From Octopus bimaculoides (Eukaryota): a stretch of DNA of 64,000 nt. This document shows positions 62,400 through 64,000 of this stretch, piece after piece. Position 1 is the stretch's first letter, and each line of letters starts with the position of its first letter. The stretch spans positions 27,937,384 to 28,001,383 of the forward strand of contig NC_068982.1 of NCBI RefSeq assembly GCF_001194135.2, written 5' to 3'. A model generated the notes under the pieces. The model did not search any database and was not told the DNA's origin. It worked only from the letters and a program-made list of their open reading frames with translations. The position numbers and the translations under genes are program-made.

Positions 62400-64000
62400 T
62401 TAATAATAATACATCATTAGGTATTTGTGTGTACATGTATATTGCCAAAGGATTACCAATACACTAGCATATTGGACGAAAATACCTTGTGGTATTTATT
62501 TCCTGCAAGTTACTTAGTCATTTGAAAAATAGACACTGATAAAATAAGTACTAAAAACTCCTGAAGACAACGCTGTGGTCAAAAAGAATCTAGAAAAAGA
62601 CAAAAAATATGATTATAAGAATACTGTACCAACCATCTTAACAATAATCGTTTCTATTATAGGCATAAGGCCTGAAATTTTGGGGAAGAGGGCTAGTCGA
62701 TTAGATTGACCCTAGTACACAACTGGTACTTAATTTATTGACCCTGAAAGGATGAAAGGCAAAGCTGACCTCAGCAGAATTTGAACTCAGAATGTACAGA
62801 CGAACTAAATGCCGCTAAACATTTTGCCTACCATGCTAATGATTCTGTCAGCTTGCCGCTTTCTTCTTAATAATAATAATACTAATGGCATATTAAAATT
62901 TGAAATTTTATTGGAAATACTCTCTAGAACAAAAACTGTAATCCTTCAGCTGCCTCCCCAATTTTTAACCTAGTTAGACACATAAATCAGTTTAGTTACT
63001 GTACAGTCATATTATTTTCAAACATCTGTTAGCAACTATCATTAGTTTAGCATAACCACTGAAATAAGTCTTCTAACTATTGATTTAAAAAAAAAAAGTG
63101 AACCTAGATACAAAATTATAAAACCGATGCCATGTATTTAACTGAAAATCTGCTGAATTTATAAATAACGCACAAACATAAAAAAAAATTAAAAAAATTA
63201 GAAACAGGTTCCACATTTTCATAATTATGCAGAGAACATGAAGGAAGAACCTATGTCAATGGTAAATACCTATAGCAGAGGAAGACTGAATATTAAACTT
63301 GAGAAGTACTGAAGTCAGATCTAAAGATGCTGAGCTTCACTGATAGCATGACAAAGGATAGAGGATGAGCAACATCTCTATCTTTTGTCACGCTCTTTAT
63401 CTTCCATGCTTGGATAAAGATGTATAGCTGCTCCATCCAAGCATGGAAGAAGAGGCTATTAAAACTTGATAATGATAACCTTAACATTAAAATAACAACC
63501 ACGTAACAAGCTCTATGTTAATCAATGCTGTTGTCTTGTTTCACTAGATTCTAAGTGAGCAGTTGCTTTTTGTTTTATATTACATATAAACAATTTCATC
63601 CTCCCCCCTCTAAATTTGCTATATCTATTAGGGGACTCAAAGTACATAGCATATTTATTCATTTATTACACATTTTCTCAGAAATCAAAGAAAGCATCTG
63701 CTTATGAAATTACTATTTTAAACACATTTTCCCCAATTGGTTGCAGTTGTTACAAGGAAGATCATCTCTTCATCATCATCATCATCATCGTTTAACGTCC
63801 GCTTTCCATGCTAGCATGGGTTGGACGATTGACTGAGGACTGGTGAAACCGGATGGCAACACCAGGCTCCAGTCTGATTTGGCAGAGTTTCTACAGCTGG
63901 ATGCCCTTCCTAACGCCAACCACTCAGAGAGTGTAGTGGGTGCTTTTACGTGTCACCCGCACGAAAACGGCCACGCTCGAAATGGTGTCTTTTATGTGCC

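Noticed and set aside
63340-63350. H-box (ATAGCA) between hairpins suggesting an H/ACA snoRNA
   Set aside because: The hairpins are too short, lack pseudouridylation pockets and have no terminal ACA.

Overview
AT-rich, microsatellite-dense, repeat-laden animal genomic DNA with seven short N gaps, most flanked by microsatellites, as in a short-read assembly. The SINE, RTE and MITE content looks like an octopod cephalopod (inferred from my recollection of Octopus repeats, not checked). The only protein-coding gene I can support is a + strand FAM81-like coiled-coil gene. It has three phase-0 exons (15731-15997, 49258-49506, 52457-52699; 253 aa), a 33 kb first coding intron, and a C-terminus not found in the window. 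Most other ORF-track entries are microsatellite read-through or decayed transposon fragments: RTE, R4/Dong-like and L1/Tx1-like LINEs, several mariner/Tc1 elements, a hATm-like element, a Merlin-like element, piggyBac-like MITEs and a Helitron nested in a mariner. The most interesting non-coding signal is a set of three unrelated minimal type-I hammerhead-ribozyme motifs of the Penelope-like-element kind. One (22319-22401) has an intact catalytic core and is flanked by perfect or near-perfect fold-back palindromes. There are also isolated perfect hairpins (19179-19229) and a three-hairpin cluster (63310-63454). I found no convincing evidence of a wholly new multi-gene system. All structures and alignments were read by eye.
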